From the human T2T-CHM13v2.0 reference genome, Homo sapiens: a DNA stretch of 64,000 nt. Positions 25,601 through 40,865 of the stretch are shown piece by piece. Under the pieces are notes generated by a model, which saw only the letters and a program-made list of their open reading frames with translations, made no database searches and was not told where the DNA came from. The stretch is taken from NCBI RefSeq assembly GCF_009914755.1, contig NC_060930.1, one strand, 5' to 3'. Made by a program: the position numbers and the translations under genes. How positions within the stretch are numbered: position 1 is the first letter of the stretch; each line of letters opens with the position of its first letter.

Positions 25601-25611
25601 TGTTTAGTGAC

Positions 25612-25775
25612 ATTTGTTCATTCATTTACATAATCATTTATTCATCAAATAAATATTTATTGAGCATCTACTATGCCTAGGGATTATCTGATTGTTGAGG
25701 AGTTACCAATAAATGAAAAAAGAAATTTCCACTCACATGGAATTGGGGGAGTGGATAAAAAACACAATAAGTAAA
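25612..25775 (-). mobile_element. L2 3' end
   Basis: ttcattcatt...aaatatttattgagcatctactatgcc. Confidence 0.65.
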
Positions 25776-26039
25776 TCATAGCCTATTCAACCCCGTCACT
25801 ATTTTCTGCCTTTTTTCCAAAGGAAGACTACAGTTCCTATCTTCACAGGTGGCTGTTAGCTCTAAATGAACTCATTTATTTTGAAAGCATGATTTAAAGT
25901 ATAGTTTTAAACTATAAGCATTTCAGAAGTGATGACCCATGACTCAAATCTCAAAAATAAATGCTACAGTTCACAGTTGGAATATGGACACAAGAAAAAT
26001 AATAGGTGAGTAAAAAAAGAAGTTTTACCACAGAACAAA

Positions 26040-26380
26040 AGTTTATTAAACACAATTATGAATGAATATTAATGTCAACAGAGTGCTTTTTAGATGCCTC
26101 CTAAGCTTTGTATGCACCTAAAAGAGATACAAGTCAGCTCAGCTGCTAAGGAATAGGCAGACCAGAATGCAGTCAGAGAAATAAACAGTTGAACAGATAA
26201 TTCCAAAAGGATGTGATAAGTGTTATGGGGGGAATTCGGAGAAAGTGCCGAGGCATCACACAGGAGAGACCAGCTGTCCCTGGCATAGCTGGTGGAGATC
26301 TTATTAAACAACGATACTAAGGCTGACTCTTGACTATGAAACGAATTTCACAGAGAAACAAGCAAAAAAGCAATAGAAAT
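26040..26380 (-). mobile_element. L2 fragment
   Basis: aaacagttgaacagataattcc...tgtgataagtgttatg...agtgccgaggcatcacacaggagaga. Confidence 0.45.
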
Positions 26381-26854
26381 ATTAATTTGTGTACCCTATT
26401 TCATGACAATTATATACAAAAACAGAACGTTCAAAGCCTTAGGCAATAAAACTGATATTTCTTGCAACAGGCTTTGGCCAAAAAAGAGTGCAGTTCTGTG
26501 ATGAATATCAGCTTCATCAACATGCCCCAGGCACCGTGATGTCCCTCCTCTGCTCTGCTGCATAACAGGGTGGAGACCAAATCCAACAGTATGAACAAGC
26601 ATCCATCAAAACCACAGTTCTATTATTGAGACCATTTCTGATTGAATTTCCTCAGCAGACTATCCAAGTCGTCATGTTCATCAAGGTATTCAATTTAAAT
26701 GACCATTAAAACGAAATTAAGTTGGTATTAACCTTGTCTTTTCAGATGATGCCACTGAAAGGTAAACATACCATTCTGACATGCATGAAAATGAAACGAC
26801 AAATTGATACACGCAGTGCTTGGAATGGATGGAGTCCTTCTAATGAGTGATTAC

Positions 26855-26939
26855 CTGTGGTATAACTATATTGATTGTGTTTGTACATGTCAAATGGGGC
26901 TGGCGAGGATGAACTTGAAGAAATCAATCTTGGAACCTG
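26855..26939 (-). other. Candidate exon (NAGNAG acceptor, CAG|GTAATC donor)
   Basis: Minus strand ctgtcctag|cag|gttccaaga...ataccacag|gtaatc in unique sequence. The polypyrimidine tract is weak. Confidence 0.2.
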
Positions 26940-28302
26940 CTAGGACAGCAGCCTCCTGGTTTCACAGTACTAAATCATGACTTCAAAATTTTGAAGTAAA
27001 AGAAAACTGCAAAACTTTGTAAAGGTACCAGTCTCTTCCTGACACTATTTGCCTTGGCAAAAGATTCACTGTCAACTTAAAAGACTAACATGTGCTCAGA
27101 TGATGATTTGTGGAGGACAGATAATTATGAGTACATTTAGAAATACACACTCTTCCAAACCCTGCTCTTTCCATATAATGAAGTTATTTATTTCTATTTT
27201 TTATTTATTTTTCTAATAATTACAAACATACTTTGGAGACCCACATTCCTGTATTATTCTTTCAACATACTGAAGAAGAGTTATTTCTATGCTTCTTTCT
27301 ATGTGTTGGGCTTAAGATTTATTAGAAGGAATGTGTAAAAACAAAGGCAGCAAAGTTTCTATTTTTATTGGGAGTCACTCCCGGAGTAAGTGGGGATAGT
27401 TGTGCACACACACACACACACATTCATGCACAAAGAAAGAGTGATCAAGTGTATAACACACTTTTAGCAGTGTTTTGCTGGAAGAATAAAGTATAACTCC
27501 TTGTCCGCCCTTTTATTATACTGGGGTTCACACTAAGAGAGTCTGAGGACCTGTGGAACTCCCATTTGCATGAAATAACTTTTGCATCTATTCTGGAGGA
27601 AAACTTCCTAAGGCAGATTTGGACAGAAAATTGCTATCAGCGCAAATAAAACAATGCAAAGCCTACTCCGGGGAACGTTGCTCTGCCACCACTACTGAAA
27701 TGGGTCATCCCCTTGGTTTCTGAATAAAGAATTATGAAACCTGGGGCTAGAATGCTCAGGGAGGAATTTACCAATCCAAATCTTCCCCTTATGGTAGAGA
27801 ACAAACTTTCAAGGTTTGTTCTCCACTGTAAGTGTGCGAGGGCTGTTAGGGACCGTAATATGGCTGCCGGAGACTGGTGTGTGTACCTCCTTGGCTGTAC
27901 GTCTCATTTCCAGTTATGATTTTACAATCATCTCTTTCTCAACCTTTGCTTTTAAATATAGGAAGGTACGGCTCACCATGGAGCGGACATTTTCTTCAGG
28001 AGCGGTACGGTGTCTAAGATATGCAGAGGTTGTATTCTAGTCCTATAACTCAATTCTCAAACACATGGCTTTTAGCCAGGGATATCCTAAAGGAAAATTA
28101 CACTATATGCAACCCCTCCTTACTCCTCAAATATTATCTATATTAAACACAGCTGAAATTTGAGAGTGTCCTTACAGGTGAAAATTTAACAATTTAACAA
28201 AAGGACACTGCTGAATGTGTGGGGACAAAGGAAGGATGAATCTTTCATCATGACAAAAGACTACTTGCCACATTCTCCCTTAACTTAGAAAAACAGAAAA
28301 GA

Positions 28303-28717
<415 letters not shown>

Positions 28718-29374
28718 TCATTTGAAATCTTAGGTGTTCAAAAATCTTCTCTTTCTTCTTCACTTCATTGAATTTATAAATGCTCTAAAATAAGATAATC
28801 GCTTCCCCAGTGAAGTACTATTCATATGTGTTACATATCTGGCATACTTTTATCCTTTTAAAATTCAGCTAAACAACTGAACCAAAGTTTTTCCATTTCC
28901 CATTTTTGGATCAATCAGGGTGTAAAATTCATTTTTAGTTTTTAAAAAGCTATTTATGCAATGAAATTATAGCGACTGTGAATTTTCAATTTGATCAACA
29001 TGTATGCATATATAAAATGGGGTGTGTTTATTTTGTAAATATATTAGAATGGTGTTTGTAAGGGGATAGTATGTTTGCCTGAATCTATACCCATTTTGTA
29101 AGTTAAATAGTACTGAAGCCTGATGGTCCTAAAGGCTGCTGGAAAATACTGATCAGTCTTGGAGGCACTGCTGAGTTATCCATAAAGTAAAATCTGGGAC
29201 TGGGTAGAAATACAGTAAAATAAAAACTAAGAATCTACACTGATGTCTAAGGTTTCAAGGAATCCTAAGAAGTAGTCACTGTGCTATGAAATACAGATTT
29301 TACTCTCCTTGTCACGTGGATAGGAATAACAACAGCAGCAATACATTCTCATTAAATAATGATATAATATAAAG

Positions 29375-29660
29375 GTAGTATGTTCATTGTAGAAAATTTG
29401 AAGAATGCATAGAAGCACTAAGAAAAAAAATTAAAATCATGTCTAATCCATTGTGTACCAGAGAGCTAAGGTGCTTGTGTGTGTGTGTGTGTGCGCGCGC
29501 GTGCACGCGCATAAACATTATGCCTTCTATATCTGCTTCCAGCGTTTTCCTATGCATAATTTCCACAGAACCCTAAAAACTACAGTGGTCTGTATTCTGC
29601 TATTTCATTAAAATTATTAGGGAAGCATTTCCCAGGCTGCTGCAAATTAGATAATGGGAT
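29375..29660 (-). mobile_element. L1ME4-like 3' end, degenerate
   Basis: tgttcattgtagaaaatttgaagaatgcatagaagcactaagaaaaaaaattaaaatca...ccagagagct. Confidence 0.45.
29476..29513. repeat. (TG)n(CG)n alternating tract with Z-DNA potential
   Basis: 38 bp of strict purine/pyrimidine alternation, including gcgcgcgc and the palindrome gcgcgtgcacgcgc. Confidence 0.85.
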
Positions 29661-29735
29661 GTTGTATCTCAAAGAGAGGTAGAGATAGAGAGAGGCGATT
29701 CATGGTATGGCTTTATTAAGTAGTGAATTTTTCTC

Positions 29736-29797
29736 TGTGTGTGTGTGTGTGTGCATGCGAGAGAGAGAGACAAAGAGAGGGAGAGAGAGGGAGAGGC
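29736..29797. repeat. (TG)n-(GA)n compound microsatellite
   Basis: Seen directly in the sequence. Confidence 0.85.
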
Positions 29798-31219
29798 AGA
29801 CAGAATGTCACATTCAAGGCACTTATTTGTGTGTATCCTGTATTTCCTTTTTGGTAGAATGTGAGAATTAACTCAAAAATAAATTTAGGCCCATAGTGGT
29901 CAGACATCTGCAGTATAGAAGGTAAAACTTTTATAAACAACCCATAATAACTAATTCACTGTTACAGAATACAGCATCTAAATTCACAATAATATGCCAA
30001 AGAATTTCTGCTATTACAGCTGTACATCTATTTCTACAGTTCTAAACTTTTGCACAGGAGTCCCTGTCTGTGTCCTCAGTTGACCATTACCGCTTGCTTG
30101 TTCTTAATTGCCCCATATCAAATTTTAAACCGAAGAAAATAACATATGGGTCTTCTTCACAAAGCTCCAATTGTTTGTCCTAAAAATCCAAAATGAACTA
30201 TCACCATTAATTTCCTAGCCACATCTTTCTCAATAATGACATTTTGATGACCAACTATAAAAATAACTTTACTGTTAAAAGTTGAATTCTACAAGTCAAT
30301 AAAATTATAGTTGAATCTAAAAGACCCACTGCTTCCTTCCTCTTATTTAGGTCTTCTCTAGTTTACTTCCTCCCTTTGTTCTCCCATTTATATTTCTTCT
30401 ACCCTTTTTCATTCCTGCCTGCCTTTCTTGTTTCATTAATTAATTCTTCCTTTATTCTTTTTCCATTTTTTGCACCTTTATTCAGTAAACTTACTTGAAT
30501 GTGCTGAATTTATTGAAATGTATGGAATACTCACCATATATGCACAGCTGTGTTTTTCTGCTGTGTGCAACCTGAAAGCATTGCTTATTTCATCACAGTT
30601 GCAGAGATGAGCGTGATATCAGGGATGAATATACCAGTGCACCAAAGTGTCTATTATAAACTCAACTGCTCTTATGTAGACAGAACGACAAATGAACTGA
30701 AAATTCCACCAACCTTGGAGAGCCCTCTAGGTGCTAATGTTTGACAGTCAGGATTCTAAGCAGGCTGCCTGGCAAAGCAATAAAAGCCTTAAATGGTTTG
30801 GGGACCACAAGTCCCTGCTTTGTAAAGTATTCATGAAGTGGAATGACGATGACCTGCTACCTTGATATGATTTTCAGTCGCCTCAAGCTCTCTGTGCTGC
30901 GTTCAGTTTGACCTGCTTTGCTACCTTTGACATTGATCTATTCTTGAGATTGTAGCTATAGGCTTTAGGTTTGAACCTGAGATTAAAGTTGGATATAAAA
31001 GTCACCGTAATGTCTCTGCCTATAACTTGATGGGCTTCTATTGCAGTCCTTTGTACTAATCAGAGTGGCCACTGAAAAGTCCATTTGGAAAACAAGATCT
31101 TCCGGGACTTGAGTTGCAATAAAACCATTGCAGAAGGTTGAGGGGAAAGAGGGAAGAAAAAGAACGGTCGTGACACTAAAGACCAGTCCTGAATTATAGA
31201 AGGAAATCAGAGGGAGTTG

Positions 31220-31229
31220 CTATAAATAG
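31220..31229. promoter_or_regulatory. Consensus MEF2 site that is also TATA-like (CTATAAATAG)
   Basis: Exact match to CTA(A/T)4TAG in unique sequence. Function is not shown. Confidence 0.3.
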
Positions 31230-32049
31230 CCACAAGCAGTTTGTATTTGATATTGGTTCGTCCAATACATTCAGCTAGAAATGACAAAATCATTATTTTC
31301 CCTTCTCCTCGTGGGTCTCACTTACTAAGATGCCTCAACGTGTTTCATTTCCATTACTCTTTTCCCGTCTGCTTGCTTTACCACCAGCAAGCTTTTTTAT
31401 TCTATGTCTCATCCCCAATATAGTCGGGAATACTTACTTACATTTGTCTGTGCCTAATAGTAATTTTCTACATTCTTCTGTGTCCTTCGCGACTTTTCAC
31501 CATAATGAGTACTTTGCAAAAGGTAATGAATTTCTGACTTTTCTCTTGCTGTCTCTCTCTTTCATTCTGTCCTCCTCTCCCCCTTTTTTTCTGGGACTAT
31601 TCTTGAGTTATTCAGAATAAAGGAAAAACTACATAATGAAGAATGTAATGCCAGTAGGAACATACAATTGTGCCTTCCAGGTACTAAAAGAGGAGAGAGG
31701 AAGACGGCACAGCACAGCTGATAACGTGGGTGCCCTGCCTCTCCTGTAAAGGGGATCTTTTCTCTAGCTAATTTCTACTTAGAAACAAAAGATTTTTCAG
31801 AGAATGGGGACAGAGGACTGAATGATGCTCCAATTTGCATTTCTGTTCACATAATACCCATGTTCAGTTGACTAGAGAAAGGTTCTTTTTTCCCCTTGTT
31901 TCAGATGGAAGCACCTGTTTAAAAATACTTGAATCAAATTTTATTCACAATTACTATTTTTCTCAAACCTGTCTCTGATTGCCAAGGAAATACATTCTGA
32001 AATCTATTGGGTGTTTTTTTTTTTTTTTAAGTCTGCACTAAATAACTTA

Positions 32050-32230
32050 CAGTAGCATGGCATAGTAAGAAAGAACGTTGTTTCAGGAACTGAAGATATA
32101 GGTTATAATCTAAGCTATGTCATTAACGAAGTGTTATTAAGTAAATAATTTAAGCATCTTGGTCATCATTTATTTTCTTTAAAATTAGGAGTTTGTATCA
32201 GATCATCTGTAATTTACTTCCCAGTTTTAA
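32050..32230 (+). mobile_element. MIR3/MIRc-like SINE
   Basis: agcatggcatagtaagaaagaacg...ggttataatctaagctatgtcattaac...tcagatcatctgtaa...ttcccagttttaa. Confidence 0.5.
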
Positions 32231-32697
32231 AAACAAATCTGGTCTTCTGTCACTCTTGCAATTCAAAAACCGTGTCTCTGAAGCAGATCATGTGCGTAGC
32301 CCAGCCTGTGGTAGGAAAGTCAGCCCTCCCCTCAGGATGAAAGGTGCTTGCAGAACCTCCACCCACACACCTTCCACACAGGGGTTTCTGATGCTTTTGC
32401 AGAACTGAAAGAATTGGAATAGAGATACACTGATTTCCACAGAAATTCTAAGGGAATCACTGTAAATTGTCTAAAACCACTTTAAGTACTGTGATCTAAC
32501 AACCACATTTTCAAAGTCACGTTTTTTTGGACTGCTTTGGCTGCTATCTGCTATGGCTGACAGAATTCTGAAACACACACTAGTGCTTTTAAAGTGTGCA
32601 CGGGAATCACCAGCTCATTACTGCTTAATTCTGTTGCATCATTTCTTAAGGGGTTGTTACTGAGATAGGAAACTGGAAATGAGAATTATATTAGTAA

Positions 32698-33016
<319 letters not shown>

Positions 33017-33059
33017 GAGAAAATACATTTTAAATATTACCAGTTAACATAGTGATTCC

Positions 33060-33192
33060 TTGTCAAACTAGACTATAGGCTCCTTGAAGGCATGAAAATA
33101 ATTTTGTTGTCTATATCTCCTGATTACCAAATTCGGTGTCAGGAACTCGAAACTAATCATAGGCCATCAAAATATGTTAGATTGATGGCTGA
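33060..33192 (+). mobile_element. L2 3' end
   Basis: actagactataggctccttgaaggcatg...catcaaaatatgttagattgatg. Confidence 0.55.
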
Positions 33193-33963
33193 GAAAGGCT
33201 GAATCATTCTGATATTTTAAAAATAATTCAAAGTAATTGTGTCTTGAAAGTGATAACTGAGTTTTAAAATATTCAATATGCCACTTATTCTGTGGAAAAG
33301 AACTAATAGTCTGCTAAACCTTTGCTTATTACTTTTATCTGACTTTCCTCTCTTTTCCCCTTCCACCTTCCCTTTCCGTTTTTTTTCCCTACCTTTGCTG
33401 CTCCCTTACAAAAAGATTCAGGGCAGACCTACGTGGAATGGACAGGATCCAGTTCCCTCTGTTGGACACACCCACGCCTCTTGCATGACTCCTCCCACTC
33501 CTGCCCCGACTCCCACTCCCCTGGCTAATTCCTAGTTTTCTTTATCGCTCAGCTCTGACTCTGCTTCTTCATGGCAACCTTTTTTGATAGCTCCAGCCTG
33601 CTAAGATGGCTTCGTGCGTGTTAAGACAGCATCTTGCACTTAGCTTTTTCCGTAGCACCCACCACAACTAATATGAATGCTTCATTTGTAAAAACTGTGG
33701 AACTCTATTTCCATGCACAAATGATCTCTGGAATATGCTTAATATGACATCTGACGACACTCCATCATCCTGGTCCCTTTTCTTTCTCCAATTTTTTCCG
33801 CTGTTGGGAATACCATTTCCTCTTCTTGACACATTTGTAATGTTTAGTCTTGCGACTTTCTGTAACTTTTCATGGAAAAACAATCTTCATATTTTTCTCT
33901 GAATCCTATCCTTTTAATTTTTCTTTCCCTATCTGGCTCATAGGCATAGAAGGTAGTGAAGAT

Positions 33964-34246
<283 letters not shown>

Positions 34247-34447
34247 TTATTCAAGAAGCCCCTATGGTGTCTGGTCGTCCTTAAGATTAAACACAAATTT
34301 CTATGCATGAATTTTTGGGGCTACATCACACAATGCCATGCTACTGATACCCTTAGCTACTCTAAACCACTCTTTCTTGTCTAGGCAAGAATTCAACAAC
34401 CCTCTCTTCAGGATGGGCCCATGACTTTGTGTCTTTTCAGCTTTTAA

Positions 34448-34786
<339 letters not shown>

Positions 34787-34988
34787 AAGACACTTTTATC
34801 AGTCTCACTCTATCCAAGAAAGTAATCACATATGAGAAAAATAAATCTCCCTGAATGGCCAGATTTCCAATATACTGGAAAACGATTGAAGACTTACTAG
34901 AGCCTGCACCCATGAAAACAAAACAATAATAGAGGAAAGAAAATTATCTTAATAGATATTGTAGGCACATCCATAGATGATGTAATAA

Positions 34989-35378
<390 letters not shown>

Positions 35379-36171
35379 TAATTCTGCTGTGATGAAGCAC
35401 ACAGCTGGGAGTAAACATTTATACATGCTACTGTGAAGGTTTCTGTTAATTCAGGTCATGTGGGATTCTGTAATGAATTCATTTTCATTACTCTAATATT
35501 GTATAATAAGACACACCTGTAATATAAGTTAAAACATTTATAATAAGATATACATTACAAGGACCTTTTGACATTACAAAGAAAGAAAAGGTACATATTA
35601 GTGATAATTTTAACAAGTGGATGTATAAACCATATATTTTCTCACATATGCTAATTACTGTACTATGAATAGCCAATGACTGATTGCAAAATATTTTGCA
35701 GATGTCAAATCTGTGCAAATACTTATCATCCTAAGTATTTCAAAAATGATAGTCAAAGGCATAGACAGAAAAAAGAAACACTCCAATTATGATTAATAAA
35801 TGAACAAAGGAAATACATTACCTATGAAACACTAAAAGCAAATGTGTTTTTTATTACATCTAATGAGACTATGACTGATAATATAGGAATCTAATATGGC
35901 AAGCTGCCTTTAATTCACAAACAAACAGGGGAGTCATGCTGTTTATTAAAATGCTATCTGTGAGGAAAGCCAAGCTGGTAAATGTATGTCATGCCAAAAA
36001 TGACACTGTTTTGAAATTTATGAAGTATCTGTAAAATGTATGGAGTGGTGTTTTAAAAGAAAAAACTACATTGTCTATAAAAATATTACTACTTTTGATC
36101 ATCTCTTTGATATGTTCAGGTGTGTTAGGTTAATCCAGCTTTAAAATTAGGTAAAGGAAAGAAGAAACTTC

Positions 36172-36416
36172 TTTATTGAGCACTCTGGATGCCAAATGTT
36201 ATCAATAGGTGACCTATCCCCCCCCCCAATCTATTTATTCATCTATCTATCTTGTATTTATCTATCTACCTTCTCATGTCTGTGAGGCAGGTATTATTCC
36301 CCACTATTAAAGATGAAGACACAGCAGCGATGGCCCATAAAACCTTGTCTAATGTCACCAGAGCAAACTGGGAGCTTGGACTCAGACCTGCTGGTTTCCA
36401 GCCTAGGTAACTTCTT
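36172..36416 (-). mobile_element. MIR with an internal (ATCT)n run
   Basis: tttattgagcact...tgtgaggcaggtattattcccc...agatgaagacac...gtcaccagagc. Confidence 0.6.
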
Positions 36417-36469
36417 CTGTGATGACAGCTTTATTTGCAGTGATGACCACATTGCATCATGATGGTCTT

Positions 36470-36608
36470 TTTGGCTGCTACCCTCTCCAACGGATTATAG
36501 GTTCTTAGTTGCAGGGGTAGTCACATAATAATTATGATATCCACATCCACCAGCAACATGGCTGGCACATAGCAGTCCCTCAGCAAATACATGTTTAATT
36601 GAACTGAA
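36470..36608 (+). mobile_element. L2 3' end
   Basis: cagcaacatggctggcacatagcagtccctcagcaaatacatgtttaattgaa. Confidence 0.6.
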
Positions 36609-37553
36609 AACATGTTGCCTGCACTGGTTTCACAGCATTATAAATCCAGATATTTCAACAGTCTACATCTTGCAAAATACAGTGAAATGGAGACAAGGAC
36701 TGGTGTGAACTAACCTAAATGCTATGTGGTGGCCAATTCTTTACCAGCATCCTCATTATTAAGTTAAACATCACCTGACATCAACTCAATTCACATGAGA
36801 ACAAGGGGAACTTTCACCCATTACTTTTTTTATTTTGGCAAGTGTGGTTTCCATGTCCTTTTTTCCCACCCAAATATTTATTTCCCCAACACTAGGAAAA
36901 TTGTATTTCTCCTGTTTCCAAACAATAGTAGTCACTGGTTCAGCTTGTTACAATTTTATATCTTCACAATGTGCTAGTATGCCTGAAATTCACACAAAGT
37001 AAATAAATTCTATTAGCACGAGGTAGTTATTTTTATCATCCCGGTCATACATGTAAGGAAATGTTACAATTCACAGTGAATGTTGCTGGCATGCAGACAG
37101 AGACCACAGGAAACAGAGATATATTTAAACTGACAGGGGCTTTATGCCTTAAGCTTTATCAGGACATACAGGGGAAAGTCCCCTTTTTAACTAGAGTTCA
37201 TTGCCCTGACTTGTACAAAAAATTATTTTCCCTGTAGCTACCCCTGCAGGCCAGTAAAGTAAAAATTTAGCTCAAGTAAAAATCATCACCAAGGCCTCCC
37301 TAGGACCTTCCAGTCTGTAATTTTTTGTTCCCACTGGCCACCAGCCTACTGCTGGATACCATACCAATCAGAGCAACAGAAGGACACTGGAGAGGGAATA
37401 AATGCATTTTCTCCTTTTCCCCTTAACGAACAACCCCTCTCTTTTAACATAAGGTGAGGATATTAAGCTGATAGTTTTCACATTTACCAATCATCAAAAA
37501 AAATTAAAATTCCACTGTGTCTGTTGGGATTGAAGCTAGAAAATGACTTTATT

Positions 37554-38381
<828 letters not shown>

Positions 38382-38394
38382 GCCTAAGGAATGG

Positions 38395-38584
38395 TTGACC
38401 TCAAGATAGAATAGAAACTGAATCACCACATGGAGGAAAGCTCCCCACCAACCAAGGATTCTTCACATCAGCAGCCTCTGCCATGGACCATTGTGTGACT
38501 GAGAAATAAACATCTTCTGTATTTGAGCCAGGATGTATGTTTAGGTCTAGGTGTTACAGAAGCTAGGTTAACCTAACTAATACA
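38395..38584 (+). mobile_element. MLT1J-like LTR, 3' half
   Basis: ccacatggagga...gtgactgagaaataaacatcttctgtatttgagcca...tgttacagaagc...acctaactaataca. Confidence 0.6.
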
Positions 38585-38589
38585 GAGAA

Positions 38590-39302
38590 GATAGCTAAGG
38601 CAGGGCATCCGAAAAGATGACAGGTAAACACAAATCTGAAGGAGAAAGCCAGGCAGATGTTTGGGAGAAGAGAATTACAAGCAGAGGCCCCAGAGTCAGG
38701 AGCACATCTCTAGTGTTTGAGGAACAGAGAGAAGCGAGTGAGTCTGGATTAGAATGCTCAGGAAGAAGGCTATGGGGATTTGAGTTTACAGAAGAAAGAG
38801 GCAACTAAATTTTGTAGAACCTCACAGATTATGGCTTGGTTTTATTTAGAGGGAAACGGGAAGCTTCTAGAAGGTTCTGAGTTGAGTAGTGACATGACAA
38901 TGCTGTGGTAACAATGGTTTCACTCTGACTGCCTTACTGAAGATGCATAAAGGGGATCTCTGGTGGAATTGGGAGACCAGTTAGGAGACTACTGCAATCA
39001 TTCAAGAGAAAGATGATGGAGACTGGGAATAAAATCGCAGCAATGGAGAAGGTAAAGCCCACAGGACGTGCTGAAGATGGGGTGTGGCATAAGAGAAAAA
39101 GAGAGAACTTCAAGATGACGTCATTTTTCTTGTCCTGGGTAAAGTTGATATTTACTGAATTGAAAACGAATAGAGAAAGAGGAGGTTTGGGAAGTATAAG
39201 GTGCTCAGTTTTCTGTATGTTAAGTGTGAGATGTCTGTTAGAAATCAAAAGGAGGTCACATTAGCAGTTGGATATGCAAGTCTAGGATTCAAGGGAGAGG
39301 CT
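38590..39302 (-). mobile_element. L2a body
   Basis: gtgtttgaggaacagagagaagc; ggagaccagttaggagactactgcaatcattcaag; agcagttggatatgcaagtctagg. Confidence 0.75.
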
Positions 39303-40865
39303 AATGGGATTCCTGTCTAATATATGTTCTTTTCTGCACTACTCCTATGACAATTTTTATTGCATTGGTCTATATATTTGTTGCATTATTTTCCTCTCCT
39401 AGTTTGCTTACTCACTGAAGAAAGAACCAATTATTAAAAACAATTTTGTATACTGTATGGCACACAGTACAGGTAATAAATGTTTAAAAAAATAAATTAA
39501 TAAGTGTATTTAGGCAAGTCCACAAACACTAGAGAAAGTGCGTTCCTGGGTAAAGTTGTCAGATCTGTAAAAAATAGTAATTGTCCATAATGTTTCTACT
39601 CTGAAATAGAAACATTTAAAATAGGGAGGATCAAAGAGCTTTAGAAAATAATGAAGAGCCTATGTCCAAAAACTTCACAATTCCTCTGGGTAAATGTAAT
39701 CTTAACTAAAATTTAGGATCATTGCTATAAAACTAAAATCATATTTGTTGTGTGAAAATATCAATACGATTATATTTGATATCCAACTTTTATGGGAACC
39801 TACCACCCATTAAGCATTTTATTCCCTCTCTTGCTCTTGAGATCTGTTTGTGAAGGTTATGTCCACTTAATAGTGAAAAATAATCTGAACTGTTATATTT
39901 TTCCAAGAGAAATAAGAAAAAAATTGAAAGGCAGAAATCACTATCACACTATATGATGAGTCTTTGCATCTTCTGAAATAATATAGAATACATTTATTTT
40001 ATTTTCAGGAACAAAACCAATTCTGCTACAAATGAATTAGGGTTCATAGCTCTCCTTAGGAAAATAAATCATAGCAGGTATTAAATAACATTTTGGATTC
40101 TCAAATGTATTTCAGCGTCTTTTTTCTAGCATCTTAATGAGGACCTTTGAGCAATGTGGTGTTTTTTGCCATTTGCACCTGTGAGTAGGCTGTGGTGGGT
40201 GGAAATGAAACTTCGTGTTTTAAATAGATTGAGGAGTAAGAAGGCATCTTTTGCAGGTTAAGGCAATTACTCAGTTTTCCTGGATGTGACAAATTTTCAT
40301 TGTTACAGAACATAACCCTCCGCACGAAATGGAGGTACATACCTACTTGTTTGGCAGCTTAAGCAACTGACTCGTGTTTCTTTTCCCCATCCTCCACAAC
40401 CGTCAGACACACGTACACGTTCCTCCTTACCCACCCTCTCCAACACAAAAAATCCAAACAGCCTATTGTCCTGGCATCTCATCTGGTTTAGAATTATTTA
40501 TGGTTTCTGCATTTTTAATTAATGAATGCTTTGGAAAATGTCCTCCTCCACTGAATAAATATATTAGTAATAGCATAATACATATATTGTTTATGGATAT
40601 TTTTATAGAGCTTTGGATATCAGGTCTTTGGTGAAAAATGCAACTTCATAGGATAAAGCTACTTCAGAAACTCATTTGATATAATGAATGCTTTTTAAAC
40701 TTAGATGCGTCTCCAAGGAATTAACTGAAGTCACCGAAGACATCCATGCCAAGTTTAAATAACACTTTGGTTACAAAGATTTTCTTACATTTTTTATCTT
40801 TTTGAATTAAACATATATCTGTTAGAAAATCTAGTATTTTAAACAATTATTTTGTAAAGCAAGAT

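Noticed and set aside
26490-26650. Possible C/D-box snoRNA (GTGATGA near 26498, CTGA near 26638)
   Set aside because: Only a weak terminal stem, no ordered D'/C' boxes and no recognisable rRNA/snRNA guide. Compatible with chance.
26655-26766. Plus-strand micro-exon pair (30 nt and 16 nt)
   Set aside because: The implied intron is only 60 nt, shorter than typical minimal human introns, and there is no supporting frame.
27961-27990. REST/RE1-like caccatgga
   Set aside because: Only the central core matches; both flanking halves of the RE1 consensus are absent.
35685-35700. Perfect 16-bp palindrome tgcaaaatattttgca
   Set aside because: About one or two such AT-rich palindromes are expected by chance in 64 kb.
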